64,000 nucleotides of DNA from a virus (IMGVR_UViG_2595698618_000001:79136-143135), one strand, 5' to 3'. Shown: positions 1-9,904, counted from the stretch's first letter. The notes: generated from the sequence alone by a model not told the origin. A program made the numbers and translations.

Positions 1-94
1 GTCAAGCAGTACCTTCTCTCCAAAGTCCGTCTCCACAATCTCCGTTGCTGTGATTGTCTCAGTCATTACAACCTATACTTGGACTCCCGACTAT

Positions 95-418
95 TTAACT
101 CTTTCGAATTTCTTCGATTACACGCATCGCCAGTTCGTAGCCTTCTCGAAGTTCATCACTCCAATTATCATTATACTCCTGATATGTTCCAATCAATTGC
201 GCCTGACCAGCCTCGTGATTCAACTCCTCGAACACACGATACCCTTTATGACCATCACGCTCGGAAAACTGCTCCTGCCACTCGTCAGTATTCGTATATG
301 CGGAGAGGTAGTATTCGGAACAGGCGAACGTGAATCCACAAAGGCGTGGCGAAATATCAGAGTTAGGCAACTCCCAGTAAGCCATCTCCATCAGCGCGAG
401 AAAGTGTTCTGGCTTCAT
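95..418 (-). CDS. hypothetical protein (107 aa)
   Basis: ORF-track ORF, ATG start. Confidence 0.45.
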   Translation of the reverse strand: MKPEHFLALMEMAYWELPNSDISPRLCGFTFACSEYYLSAYTNTDEWQEQFSERDGHKGYRVFEELNHEAGQAQLIGTYQEYNDNWSDELREGYELAMRVIEEIRKS

Positions 419-771
419 CCTGTAAACGTAAAGTTATCCGTGTTCACGACACGCTGTTCATCCTTCTTGCGGAACTCGAAGTCTGTCTCCTTCGGGTCAT
501 ACTCGCATATGAGAATACCGAAACGCACGCCTTCCTCGAAGTAGCCGCCGTAGTCTTTCACGAGGTCTTGTGCTTCTTTGCGAGCGGCGCTGGTATTACC
601 GTAAGGCCCATCAGCGAATATCGAGTATTTCTCGACAGCCGCGCCTACTCCTGCGAAGAACTGTTCGCGCTTGTTTTTATTGTCGTAGTTATTACGTTGG
701 CGCTTCAACTCGTTTAATCCTCGATTGATTGACGAGAAGAAGGCTTTGGAGTCCTGAATCTTCATACTCAT
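415..771 (-). CDS. hypothetical protein (118 aa)
   Basis: ORF-track ORF; tandem ATGs; 4-nt overlap with neighbour. Confidence 0.5.
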   Translation of the reverse strand: MSMKIQDSKAFFSSINRGLNELKRQRNNYDNKNKREQFFAGVGAAVEKYSIFADGPYGNTSAARKEAQDLVKDYGGYFEEGVRFGILICEYDPKETDFEFRKKDEQRVVNTDNFTFTG

Positions 772-772
772 A

Positions 773-1102
773 CTACGCCTCGGGGCAACTTAACTTTATC
801 GACTGAGCGAGAAACTGCTTCGCATCGTAGAATCCACGACGCGCCTCATCCTCATACTCGTATTGGATGTTGCTCTCCATCTTCTTTTCGTAGTTGGCGA
901 CTGCGTTCAAGCCAGCGCGATAGTCTCCCTCTCCTTTCATATGGCCTTCTATCCCGTTTTGGTAGAATAAACTGCACGGGAATGTGAAGCCTTCGACGTA
1001 TGCTTGTGCCTCTCGGTTGAGGTAGTTGCCTTGTCGTCTAAGGAGATTCCAGATTGCGGTAAATTCGCGTACTCGAATCTCGAATAGTTCTTTTCTCTCC
1101 AT
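773..1102 (-). CDS. hypothetical protein (109 aa)
   Basis: ORF-track ORF, ATG start. Confidence 0.5.
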   Translation of the reverse strand: MERKELFEIRVREFTAIWNLLRRQGNYLNREAQAYVEGFTFPCSLFYQNGIEGHMKGEGDYRAGLNAVANYEKKMESNIQYEYEDEARRGFYDAKQFLAQSIKLSCPEA

Positions 1103-1224
1103 AGTAGACTATTGGCACTACGGGGACTTAAGTGTTGTCAAAAGAATAGTCGCGGTCTGCGCCTTGGCCCACCTGCGTTTTTGCAGGGTTTGTTGATTGT
1201 TAGTCTGTGCGTGTAGGGGAGATG

Positions 1225-1755
1225 TTACATCCCGCCGAAGCGGGCGTTCATCTCCTGAGTCGTGGCGTCGGGGATGGGGGCGTGGCTCGCGGTAGACGCG
1301 GCACTTCCCTCATCAACTCCGAAGTCGCTACCACGTCGTGCGAGTTCGTTCACACCACAATGGCAGTTCGGGTTGTAGTCCATCGACGCGGCCTCGTCGT
1401 CCGACATATCGAACGAGTCAGAGGCACGGTGCTTGTTGGTGTCGTGCATATGGGCAAGCCCACACGTCGGACACTTGAAGCCAGTCACGTCAAAGCCCTC
1501 AGCCATCGAATCGAGAGCGGAGTGAAGGCCCGATGCCTCAACCTCCGTACTACCCTCGACCTGAATGGAGGACTGCATTTCCTCCTGCATCTGCTCAACT
1601 TCAGTCTGCTCAACTTCCTGAATGGTCTTCTGCATTACTTTGTCACCTCTATCTATTTCTTGTAGCCGTAGGTACTTAAGTGTTTCGTTTTGGCACTCTT
1701 TCTCACGGCTTGTCGAGTCCACTCGATTGTCGTCATCGTGGTCATACTCATACAT
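1225..1755 (-). CDS. acidic protein with Cys/His zinc-binding motifs (CPTCG...HCG)
   Basis: ORF-track ORF, ATG; CxxC + HxH motifs in translation. Confidence 0.5.
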   Translation of the reverse strand: MYEYDHDDDNRVDSTSREKECQNETLKYLRLQEIDRGDKVMQKTIQEVEQTEVEQMQEEMQSSIQVEGSTEVEASGLHSALDSMAEGFDVTGFKCPTCGLAHMHDTNKHRASDSFDMSDDEAASMDYNPNCHCGVNELARRGSDFGVDEGSAASTASHAPIPDATTQEMNARFGGM

Positions 1756-1958
1756 TAGTCCTCTCTACCCTTAAGTCTATCGAACACATTCCCGTGAATC
1801 GCCTCATACATCAGCATATTCCCAAGAATGTAGTAATCAATCGAACCATCCTCCATATCCTCAAACCAATCCACAAACGCATCCTCCTTCGACCTACGAG
1901 CCACACGATTCGCCCCATCAAACGCACCCTTCACGAAGTCTTCTTTCTCAACTCTCAT
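1755..1958 (-). CDS. hypothetical small protein
   Basis: ORF-track ORF 1755..1967 begins at GTG; in-frame ATG at 1958 forms ATGA overlap with stop of upstream gene. Confidence 0.4.
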   Translation of the reverse strand: MRVEKEDFVKGAFDGANRVARRSKEDAFVDWFEDMEDGSIDYYILGNMLMYEAIHGNVFDRLKGRED

Positions 1959-2188
1959 TCCATCCACCGTCTAATGGCTTCGTTCTGCTCACTATCTGAC
2001 ATTTCTTGGAAGATTGGATGCCCCTGTGCTATCAGGAGTTGGTCTGCCATCATCCAACCAGCGATATATGCCTCCTCGTAGTCACTTATCAGAGCGTCTT
2101 TAGGGTCCGAGCAGTATCCCTTTGCTGACGCCATCTTCATACCCCACGCAAAGCCTTCAACGAATTGCTCGAACTCAAGAGCCGTCAT
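1955..2188 (-). CDS. hypothetical protein (77 aa)
   Basis: ORF-track ORF, ATG. Confidence 0.45.
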   Translation of the reverse strand: MTALEFEQFVEGFAWGMKMASAKGYCSDPKDALISDYEEAYIAGWMMADQLLIAQGHPIFQEMSDSEQNEAIRRWME

Positions 2189-2804
2189 AGTCTCCCCACT
2201 TGTATTCGTATCCCGGTACAGGCGAGTCTACTGAATCGTAGAAGTCGCTCTGTGAGCGTTTGTTGAAACAAACTCCTCGATAATCTTGGCAGGTGTCAAA
2301 GCCATATGAATTTAACCAGTCACGCAATTCCTCAGAGTTTTCATTGTAACTTGCTATTTGTGGGCGATTGCTTGGTTTTTCCAAATGACCATCGGTGGCA
2401 TACCAATGTTTTAATATTGTTCCTGTTGGTTCTATCTCATTCAACGGGAATTTCTTTTTACCTTTGGGATACCACAAATCACGCATCTCCTTAAATGACG
2501 GATGTGCTACTGTTCTAAGTCTATATTGCAATCCACCAACAGATGTTTCACTTGATACAGGGTGGACCCCGCTCTTAGTAACCAGCCAATCAGGAAATTG
2601 TTCTTCCACATACTGTAGATACTTCTTCTCATTTACTGCAACACCAAACAGCCCACTCTTTTCAATATGTCCATCTCCCATAAGTATACCAGTAACTATT
2701 TCAATTACTTCATCTGATAACTCTGGATATTCACATTCTGTTTGAGCAATATGCATCCCAAGATTCCGCAATCCATCTTTTCCACAATCAGGGCAAGTTT
2801 TCAT
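2175..2804 (-). CDS. LAGLIDADG-type homing endonuclease-like protein with N-terminal zinc finger (MKTCPDCGK...ILMGDGHI...HWYATDGHL)
   Basis: Two LAGLIDADG-like motifs; paralog of 20411..21037; locally AT-rich; start trimmed from ORF-track 2987 to ATG at 2804, which has cgaaagg-TTTATATAG promoter 23 nt upstream. Confidence 0.6.
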   Translation of the reverse strand: MKTCPDCGKDGLRNLGMHIAQTECEYPELSDEVIEIVTGILMGDGHIEKSGLFGVAVNEKKYLQYVEEQFPDWLVTKSGVHPVSSETSVGGLQYRLRTVAHPSFKEMRDLWYPKGKKKFPLNEIEPTGTILKHWYATDGHLEKPSNRPQIASYNENSEELRDWLNSYGFDTCQDYRGVCFNKRSQSDFYDSVDSPVPGYEYKWGDYDGS

Positions 2805-2859
2805 ATGTATTACCATTATGGCTACAACTATATAAACCTTTCGGTATAGCCAGAACGGT

Positions 2860-3642
2860 TTAGTTACCCTGATAATCTCCGGGTTTTGCGTTATTCTTGG
2901 TATCCAAATACAACCAGAATGGCATATCTGGATGGTACTTCGTTCGACCGAGAATCCACTTGACTTTTGCGAGGAACAGCATCTCACGCTCGGTCAACTC
3001 GTGCTTGCTTCCGTTGATGGTCACAGTCACAGGGTCAGGAACGTCACCCGGTCGAAGCATCACCAACTCATACGACTTGTCAGTTTGGACAGCCTGACTA
3101 CCCTGACGCTCGTAGTCTCCCTCGTCGGGGTCGTCGTCTTTCGTGTAGAGATTGCCCTTCCAGTCCACGAGATAGAATCCATCGACCAGCCAGCCGTTCG
3201 CGGCTTTGGTGATGCGCTTCTTATCCGAGGCGCTGAACGTTTCGTAGAGCGCATTGATTAGCGTCTGACGAGCCTGTGTGCTGACAATCTCTCTATGGAC
3301 GCTCAGGATGGTACTCAGGTCGTTGTGTTCAACAACGTCCATCACTCCCTGTAGTACGCTCTCTGCCTGATTCGGCGTAGTCTCGACCGTGTGGCCGCGA
3401 ACTCGAAGCATATACGCATACTCCATTCCCGTAGGTGCGACGATAACTTCAGGGTCGTCGTCATTAAGGATAACAGCGTTATTGCCATTAAGGAACTCGT
3501 ACAGGCCGTGCTTGAATAGTAGGGTGTTCTCGGGAGTTGCGTTCTTCATTTCAGGCTCTCCGTTGTCCCAAATCAGAAGGAACGATTGCAACTCACCCGT
3601 GTTGCGGTCCCTGTTCTCGTCAACGATTTCGTAGTCTCTCAT
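2860..3642 (-). CDS. hypothetical protein (260 aa)
   Basis: ORF-track ORF, ATG. Confidence 0.55.
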   Translation of the reverse strand: MRDYEIVDENRDRNTGELQSFLLIWDNGEPEMKNATPENTLLFKHGLYEFLNGNNAVILNDDDPEVIVAPTGMEYAYMLRVRGHTVETTPNQAESVLQGVMDVVEHNDLSTILSVHREIVSTQARQTLINALYETFSASDKKRITKAANGWLVDGFYLVDWKGNLYTKDDDPDEGDYERQGSQAVQTDKSYELVMLRPGDVPDPVTVTINGSKHELTEREMLFLAKVKWILGRTKYHPDMPFWLYLDTKNNAKPGDYQGN

Positions 3643-3673
3643 AGTAATGTATTGGTCGGCTATCTACTTAAGT

Positions 3674-4018
3674 CTACCTAATCACCGTATCGTCAGGAAA
3701 GTCCGAAAGAGGCTTATACTCCGAGCCTGCAACGCCCATAATGAATAACTCGATGGTTCCATCAAGTTTTCCAGAAGCCGCCTCACTCTCATCGTATTTC
3801 ATCTCTCCCGTCTTAAACCCGGAGAATTGCGTCTCATCAGTTGATGAATTGTAATACTCGTGAATCTGATATTTAGCAATAACGGGATTTCCATCATCAG
3901 CAGTCCCGACTTTCTTGTAACCGTGATGTGTCTCAAGTCGCTCCCACTTGCGAGAGCCATCAAGACGCATCCATCCACGAGTCCACTTCTTCCCAAGTAA
4001 CTTCGTTAACAGTCCCAT
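3674..4018 (-). CDS. hypothetical protein (114 aa)
   Basis: ORF-track ORF, ATG. Confidence 0.5.
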   Translation of the reverse strand: MGLLTKLLGKKWTRGWMRLDGSRKWERLETHHGYKKVGTADDGNPVIAKYQIHEYYNSSTDETQFSGFKTGEMKYDESEAASGKLDGTIELFIMGVAGSEYKPLSDFPDDTVIR

Positions 4019-4057
4019 ATAGAGACTTACGTTACCGTGCTTAAAAAGAGTTTCGGT

Positions 4058-4429
4058 TTAGTAGCCGTCAGCCCGCTCGACTCGGACAAAGCCTTCCATC
4101 GCCATATCTGAAGTCGTCTCCAACCGCACTTCCAAATCGTAACGCCCCGACCTGAACACACGGTGAATCCTACTCGGAGAATCCTCGACAGGACTCTCCT
4201 TACGCTCGAACCCTGCCTTCACAGGCTCGCCGTCTACGACTGCCACGACAGTCTCCTCGTCGTCTAAGCGGGGAGGCTCTGCTCTAACCCAACCCTGTCC
4301 GTCTAAGTCGCTTAGAGCCACGACACACCCCACAATGCGATTCCGAGGAACCACACGGCTACACCAAGCCACCAGAGACTCGACACAGCAACGCCGAAAC
4401 TCACGAATTGGATGAAGATTCCAATCCAT
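4058..4429 (-). CDS. hypothetical protein (true start probably internal)
   Basis: ORF-track ORF; 5' third overlaps a better-supported TM ORF (4312..4470), so the start is uncertain. Confidence 0.3.
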   Translation of the reverse strand: MDWNLHPIREFRRCCVESLVAWCSRVVPRNRIVGCVVALSDLDGQGWVRAEPPRLDDEETVVAVVDGEPVKAGFERKESPVEDSPSRIHRVFRSGRYDLEVRLETTSDMAMEGFVRVERADGY

Positions 4430-4470
4430 TGAATGACGATGCTAATTCCTGCAAGGTCTTCCAGCATCAT
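4312..4470 (-). CDS. small transmembrane protein (~52 aa)
   Basis: Hand-found ORF MMLEDLAGISIVIQWIGIF...; ATGA overlap with stop of 4467..5141; strongly hydrophobic. Confidence 0.45.
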   Translation of the reverse strand: MMLEDLAGISIVIQWIGIFIQFVSFGVAVSSLWWLGVAVWFLGIALWGVSWL

Positions 4471-5141
4471 ACGAGCCTCCCAAGGTGGAATTTAATGGAG
4501 CGAATCCAGTCGGTGAGTGTGCCGGAGCGTCCGAGAATGTCTTGCCGCGTGTTCTCGGAGACGCCCATCCCCTTCATTGCACCGGGTGCAAGGCTCACGT
4601 CACGGAGTTTCTCCCATCCGAACAGTTCGCCAATCTCGTCGTATTCCTCGGTACGCTCGACGCCGATAACGGCATTCTCGTCGTGAATGTCGTGAACGAC
4701 AGCGACCTTATCAGGATGGAACGAACTGTATCCCATATAGACTTGCCCATTTGGATTAGCCGCGACGACGCTTGCAAGATACATCATATCGAATGCATCG
4801 TCGGCTTCGTTTTCGAGTGCAGTCTTGGGTGCGTCTCGTTTGACGACTGGGACGAAGCGGTTCAGCGCCTCGACGTATTCGGTTGCATCCTCGACGGATT
4901 CAGGCTCGACTATCGACAGAGCGCGAACCATTTTGATTCCGAGGTGAACGTTTGCGTCTACGTCCATCTCGTAATTGTCTGCGCTGTCTGGCAGGTTGTA
5001 GAGCATATCCACGAGGCGTGCCATATCGTCCGAAAGTTCGACGCCGTACAGTTCCTCCAAGCCGTGTGAGGCGTCGGTCCCGTAAGACTGGCCGCCAAAC
5101 TTCACGGCATACATCAACACTTGAAGGTCCTGCCGATTCAT
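4467..5141 (-). CDS. hypothetical protein (224 aa)
   Basis: ORF-track ORF, ATG. Confidence 0.55.
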   Translation of the reverse strand: MNRQDLQVLMYAVKFGGQSYGTDASHGLEELYGVELSDDMARLVDMLYNLPDSADNYEMDVDANVHLGIKMVRALSIVEPESVEDATEYVEALNRFVPVVKRDAPKTALENEADDAFDMMYLASVVAANPNGQVYMGYSSFHPDKVAVVHDIHDENAVIGVERTEEYDEIGELFGWEKLRDVSLAPGAMKGMGVSENTRQDILGRSGTLTDWIRSIKFHLGRLV

Positions 5142-6730
5142 TACTGAACCCGTGCCGTGCTTTCCACAAGGTTCTCAGGCTCCAGTTCGAGGATGGTTTG
5201 AAGCGGGTCGTTCGTGCCGTCAATCATATCGAACACGTCAACCACTCGACCTTCGAACTGGTCCTTGAACTGTGCGCCAACCCACTTCCAGAACACGTCG
5301 TGGCTCTGGAGACGGTCACGGTCGCTGGTCGGCTCAGGGAGAGTCAGGTCGCCCGACTCGCTGTGAATGTCGAAAGGCTCCAACTCGTCTTCGGGAACGT
5401 AGAGTTCCGCCCGACCAGCATCCATCGAATCCCACTCATCCTCGTCCACGATGGTCTTACCCTTGTGCGGGCCGAAGATAACACGAGCCTGACCCGGTTC
5501 GTCGTCTTCCGACAGGTCGGAGCGCGTGATGTAATCGTGAGGCGGGAGCGGGCGGTCAGCCGAAAGCGTGTCTTCCGTAACCACCATACTACCCTCATTC
5601 GGACCTTCCGCAACCTCCTGCCCAACAATGTCACCAGCATTGAGCAATTCTCGCGTGATGTACGGGTCCCGTGCTTCCTTCAGCATCTCACGGTAATCCG
5701 AACGCGGGCACGGCATCAGACCCTCGTACCCTTGGTCCGACTTAATAACCTTGCCGGATTCATCCAGCAGGCGAACGTCGAACGGGAAGGGAGCGCCGTG
5801 CTTCCCACCAGAGTCGTTCCGGTCGATGGGCATAGACAGCAGAAGCGTCTTCGTAGAGGCTTCCGCCGAACACGTTGCAACGAAGTCACCCTCCGACTTG
5901 AGTTCGAGGGTAATCATATTGGGGTCGTATTCATCCGTGAACTGCTTGTCACCCCAATCCTCGTTGAAGACCTCCTGACCCGTCTCGTCGTACTCTCGGT
6001 AGATTACGGGGACACGCATCCACTCTGCGAACCGCTCGACAGCGGAGCGAATGTCGAAATTGCCGTCCGGCGTCATCTGGAACTTCGTCCCGTACTGGTC
6101 TTCGGGGAGTTTCCCCATAATCGGCTCAGGACCAGCGAGGCTGACGTAAGTGCTGAAGTTCTCGTCAGTCTGGCGCGAGTGAGTCGTCATAACCATCGAG
6201 TTGTCCAACCCGATAAGTTTGACGAATGACAGCGCACCCATACCGAACTGACCGCTGTAACTACCCGTGTCACGAGCGGCGGAGTTGCCAATCTGACGGA
6301 ACACCTCGTCAACCTCCTTCGACGCCATACCGATACCATTGTCACGAATCTCGACCTTGTTCTCCGAACGGTCCCACGTAACCTCAATACGAGGCTCGTA
6401 GCCATCCTCCGTTCCATAGAGACTGTCCACGTTCAGCGTAGTCTCAGTCCCGTGGTCGAGGAAGTTCTGGACTCGGAGGCAGGCGGTTTCCGCATTCGCC
6501 AGATACTCACGAATCGTAGCCTCCCACGACTCATACAGGTCGTCAGCCACCTTTCGAATCAGGTGTCGCAAGTCAGCCTCAAACGAGAGCGGGTCTGCAC
6601 CGAGCGGGTGGTCGGACCCTGCCGCGTTGAGGTTCTTGTGCTGAACCGAAGTCTTGCCTTCTTGATAGACGGGGTTGAAGCCGTCGTCTGCCGTTTCCGC
6701 ATCTTCCGTGCTGTTATCTCGCTCACTCAT
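5141..6730 (-). CDS. GHKL-superfamily ATPase (Hsp90/MutL/TopoVI-B/MORC-like Bergerat fold)
   Basis: Motifs E-x-x-x-N-A-E-T-A, DNGIGM, GQFGMGALSF in N-terminal half; paralog of 17631..20243. Confidence 0.7.
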   Translation of the reverse strand: MSERDNSTEDAETADDGFNPVYQEGKTSVQHKNLNAAGSDHPLGADPLSFEADLRHLIRKVADDLYESWEATIREYLANAETACLRVQNFLDHGTETTLNVDSLYGTEDGYEPRIEVTWDRSENKVEIRDNGIGMASKEVDEVFRQIGNSAARDTGSYSGQFGMGALSFVKLIGLDNSMVMTTHSRQTDENFSTYVSLAGPEPIMGKLPEDQYGTKFQMTPDGNFDIRSAVERFAEWMRVPVIYREYDETGQEVFNEDWGDKQFTDEYDPNMITLELKSEGDFVATCSAEASTKTLLLSMPIDRNDSGGKHGAPFPFDVRLLDESGKVIKSDQGYEGLMPCPRSDYREMLKEARDPYITRELLNAGDIVGQEVAEGPNEGSMVVTEDTLSADRPLPPHDYITRSDLSEDDEPGQARVIFGPHKGKTIVDEDEWDSMDAGRAELYVPEDELEPFDIHSESGDLTLPEPTSDRDRLQSHDVFWKWVGAQFKDQFEGRVVDVFDMIDGTNDPLQTILELEPENLVESTARVQ

Positions 6731-6758
6731 TGTATTAGTTACTTTGTTGGATTACTAC

Positions 6759-7052
6759 TTAAACCTTTCGCCGCGTCATTTCATTCGCCTCAGAGACAGC
6801 ATCTCGAACGAGGCGTCGAATGTCCTCCTCCGAACGCATACTCTTGATAGCGTCGAACACTTCCGTCAGGGTGACAACATCATCCGTAGAGACAAGAGCC
6901 ACCTCTGCCTCGAAGTTATCACCAAGTTCGACATACATCGTGCTATCGCTGAACGAAGTCTCCTCCGAAACTGTTGCAAGGAAAGCCTCTCCCTCAAGGA
7001 TTTCCTCGGACTCTACCACTACATCTTGACCGTCAGTATACGTGCTTGCCAT
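6759..7052 (-). CDS. acidic hypothetical protein
   Basis: ORF-track ORF, ATG. Confidence 0.5.
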   Translation of the reverse strand: MASTYTDGQDVVVESEEILEGEAFLATVSEETSFSDSTMYVELGDNFEAEVALVSTDDVVTLTEVFDAIKSMRSEEDIRRLVRDAVSEANEMTRRKV

Positions 7053-7076
7053 ATCTTATAATACTCCGGTATCTAC

Positions 7077-7343
7077 TTAACTGTTTCGAATCGACTCAAC
7101 ACTCGCCTCAATAGACTCAAACTGCGTGAGTCCCTGAAACGAATCTCGCACAGTCCCGTCTTCCTCAACGACAATAAACGGGATTCCACGAACGTTGTAA
7201 TTATTAGCAACGCCCTGATGCTCATCCACATCAACACGCTCAACCTCAACGTCAAGTTCGTCTTCGACTCTATCAATAATCGGGTGCTGTGACTCGCAAG
7301 GACCACACCACTCTGCTGTAAACTGTAGAACTTTGATTGTCAT
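7077..7343 (-). CDS. trx: thioredoxin
   Basis: WCGPC active-site motif; size and topology typical of thioredoxin. Confidence 0.8.
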   Translation of the reverse strand: MTIKVLQFTAEWCGPCESQHPIIDRVEDELDVEVERVDVDEHQGVANNYNVRGIPFIVVEEDGTVRDSFQGLTQFESIEASVESIRNS

Positions 7344-7369
7344 ACAATTGTATTTCGCTCGCTATCCAC

Positions 7370-7675
7370 TTAAGGGTTTCGGTCCCAAGGCAATTCATCA
7401 ATCTCCCAATAAATCACATTATCGCCAGAGATAACCGCGCTCGGCTCGAATCCCACAAGATACATCACGCCCATCAGAGCGAGATTATTCCGCATAAATT
7501 CTATGTGGTCAAGAGCGTCGTCACTATCCGAAATGTTCAAATCTTGCTGAACGGCAAACTTCGTGCCATCAGTTTCGGGGAAGTCACACTCTCTCCATTC
7601 GAGTACGACAGGGTTTCCCCACAACTCAAAAACTTTCCGTCCTTTGTCAACTGTAAAGCCTAATGCGAATCCCAT
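7370..7675 (-). CDS. hypothetical protein
   Basis: ORF-track ORF, ATG. Confidence 0.5.
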   Translation of the reverse strand: MGFALGFTVDKGRKVFELWGNPVVLEWRECDFPETDGTKFAVQQDLNISDSDDALDHIEFMRNNLALMGVMYLVGFEPSAVISGDNVIYWEIDELPWDRNP

Positions 7676-7700
7676 ATTGGGATTTACGTGGCCCGTCTAC

Positions 7701-7931
7701 TTAAGGGTATCGACGTTGCACGTATTCGGTGAGTTCGCAATCGGAATCCGAATCGAAGAATAGTAGTTTGTGTACGCGCATATAACCCGAGACTGGGCCA
7801 GACACTTTGATGATTACTTCATCTGTCTCCTTGTCGTACCCCACTACGTCGAATGATGCTTCGCCACTAATATCCATAGTGACCGCACCATTCTCCTTTT
7901 GGAAGTTTACCTTACCAGAATGTTGTCCCAT
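7701..7931 (-). CDS. hypothetical protein
   Basis: ORF-track ORF, ATG. Confidence 0.5.
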   Translation of the reverse strand: MGQHSGKVNFQKENGAVTMDISGEASFDVVGYDKETDEVIIKVSGPVSGYMRVHKLLFFDSDSDCELTEYVQRRYP

Positions 7932-8016
7932 ATATAATAATCCTCCCGAGAGAAACCGCCTACTCTCCTTCCACTCCTTATTCTATATACGATACCCTAC
8001 TACTTAAACCTTTCGA

Positions 8017-8232
8017 TTACTCATTTGTATAATCCTCGGGGTCTATATCTTCGTAGTCTCGTTCCTCCATCTGTTCCTCGATTGACTCGATTGCCTGCTC
8101 CTCTTTGTGAGAAGTAGTATCGTCGTCCACGTCGCAAGAACAGCGAGGATAATCGCAACCAGTCAACGGCCTCGGGCAATCGTGCTTATAATCGTACTGT
8201 CCATAATCGCCTTGATTTGATGGGTTTGCCAT
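8017..8232 (-). CDS. Cys-rich acidic small protein
   Basis: ORF-track ORF starts at GTG inside promoter; ATG (MANPSNQ) has ggcgaaagaCTTAAGTG 22 nt upstream. Confidence 0.5.
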   Translation of the reverse strand: MANPSNQGDYGQYDYKHDCPRPLTGCDYPRCSCDVDDDTTSHKEEQAIESIEEQMEERDYEDIDPEDYTNE

Positions 8233-8248
8233 ACTGTTACTACTCTTG

Positions 8249-8566
8249 CTATTCACTTAAGTCTTTCGCCATACTCAACTCTCCAATTGGCTTCGTCCAA
8301 GCGACACACCGAGAACTGACCGTATACCGAATCGACCAGCCCATTCTGTCAAGAACCATCGTTTTCAGCATACGCTCGTGCGTCCATTGCATAAGTTCTT
8401 CCGTGGTACAGTTATTCGGAACTTTGACACTATCTTTGTGAATTGCTGTGCCCTCGACGTTTCGCATCTTTTTCCAATCCACTTCGAATAGGCGGTCGCC
8501 TAATTGGTATTTTTCGGTTCCCTTCAGAACCATTCTATCATCCTCGTCTCGTCCCCAATTAGCCAT
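8249..8566 (-). CDS. hypothetical protein
   Basis: ORF-track ORF, ATG. Confidence 0.5.
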   Translation of the reverse strand: MANWGRDEDDRMVLKGTEKYQLGDRLFEVDWKKMRNVEGTAIHKDSVKVPNNCTTEELMQWTHERMLKTMVLDRMGWSIRYTVSSRCVAWTKPIGELSMAKDLSE

Positions 8567-8963
8567 CGTGACGCTTGCACGTTTCGATGTAACGCTTACC
8601 CGAGGCGACGAGTTCTGGACTCACAGGAGCGTGACCGGCTCGCGTGTCGTACAGAACCTCCTCCCAGTTCTTGCCTTCCTTTACAGCGAGCATTGCCGTG
8701 ACGACAGCCGTGCTTCGACTGACGCCAGCCTGACAATGGACTAAGAGTTTGTCGCCCGCGTCGTAAGCCTGCCGCGCTTGGCGCACCGCTTGACCGAACG
8801 TGTAGTGGTCGTGTGAGCCATCGGCTATCGGGAATCTATAATCAGCGTTACCCGAATCGTAATCGTCAATTCGGACCATCGAAATGATGGTGTCAAACTG
8901 CTCGTGATGGTTCTTCGCATCAAGGCAGTCACCAATCCACAAGTTGTCTCGTACTTTTCTCAT
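8559..8963 (-). CDS. dual-specificity / tyrosine protein phosphatase
   Basis: CX5R P-loop HCQAGVSRS; upstream WIGD motif. Confidence 0.75.
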   Translation of the reverse strand: MRKVRDNLWIGDCLDAKNHHEQFDTIISMVRIDDYDSGNADYRFPIADGSHDHYTFGQAVRQARQAYDAGDKLLVHCQAGVSRSTAVVTAMLAVKEGKNWEEVLYDTRAGHAPVSPELVASGKRYIETCKRHDG

Positions 8964-9002
8964 ACGAGAGTATACGACGGATAGGGTAAAAAGAGTTTCG
9001 GT

Positions 9003-9866
9003 TTAAACTTGCCAATTATTTCCGCCATATTTCGGACCCACATCTTCCTGCGAGTCGTACATATCTTGGGCGGAGTCGTCCTGTTCTTCAGGCGGGTTCT
9101 TCGGCTGAAGCGTGCCCGTGACCTCACAATCCTGCCGCTCAAGCCAGTCCTGCCACTTATCGTGGGAGTCGCCGCGCTTCTTCTGACCGAACGACGGGAC
9201 ACTATCCGCACGCTTCTGCATATTCCACTCGATGAAGTTGTAGACCGGAACCATCGACCGACCAGCGGCCCACCGCTCCTCACGCTGATTCTGCGGAATC
9301 GGAATCACCAGAATCGGGCCAGCCTCCTCGTCATACTCCTGCGGTTCAGGAGGCAGAGTGCTGAACTTACCGTCGTCAGGGTCGGGAATCGGACGAAAGT
9401 TTTGCGGCATCATCGTCATCTTGAAATCCTGCATATCATCAGGCGTGTCATCATCCATCCCAACCTCGTCCTTCTTGACAGTCTTGACACCATTACCATT
9501 ATCACGCTCGGTCGGCTGTTGGTCATCGTCAGAGGACGGGTCCACGACTTGAGGACCACGTTCCTGCATCTCTAACTCAAATTCCGATAGAGCATCCCAC
9601 GGAACCATATGCCCCTCCGTCTCGATACAGAGGATAGCATCTCCTGCCTCGTGGTCTTCATCATCGCTGTCGGCAACACGCCAATGGTACGAGAAGAACT
9701 CGTTGTCACCGTACTCGTTCTCTGCGATACGCTCAATATCCGACTTGAACTCGTCGGAGAGACGGTAGACCTTGCCGTTAACGCAGACGCTCAAGGCCAT
9801 ATCCTCGTAGGCTTCCGGCTCCTTCTCGGGTTCGTACTCGGACTCTGAATCTTGATTCTCACTCAT
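9003..9866 (-). CDS. very acidic hypothetical protein
   Basis: ORF-track ORF; ATG at 9866 with TTTAAGTA promoter upstream (track start 9872 is GTG). Confidence 0.55.
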   Translation of the reverse strand: MSENQDSESEYEPEKEPEAYEDMALSVCVNGKVYRLSDEFKSDIERIAENEYGDNEFFSYHWRVADSDDEDHEAGDAILCIETEGHMVPWDALSEFELEMQERGPQVVDPSSDDDQQPTERDNGNGVKTVKKDEVGMDDDTPDDMQDFKMTMMPQNFRPIPDPDDGKFSTLPPEPQEYDEEAGPILVIPIPQNQREERWAAGRSMVPVYNFIEWNMQKRADSVPSFGQKKRGDSHDKWQDWLERQDCEVTGTLQPKNPPEEQDDSAQDMYDSQEDVGPKYGGNNWQV

Positions 9867-9904
9867 ACTCACTAATAGGGTAGGGTATTACTTAAACCCT
9901 TCGG

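Noticed and set aside
1207-1665. Plus-strand ORFs within the left minus block (1207..1665, 1680..2081, 2395..2745, 2932..3261, 4485..5069, 6452..7061, 9009..9575 and others)
   Set aside because: They overlap better-supported minus-strand genes that sit in an unbroken, tightly coupled minus-strand series. They lack the promoter grammar, and their composition is typical of antisense frames.
4952-6229. 425-aa plus-strand ORF antisense to the GHKL gene. Likewise 18147..19982 (611 aa, minus) antisense to the large GHKL gene, and 21396..22403 (335 aa, minus) antisense to 21378..22394
   Set aside because: These are Arg/Val/Leu-rich translations typical of the antisense frame of high-GC acidic haloarchaeal genes. 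They have no promoter motif. The sense-strand genes carry recognisable domains and/or the consensus promoter.
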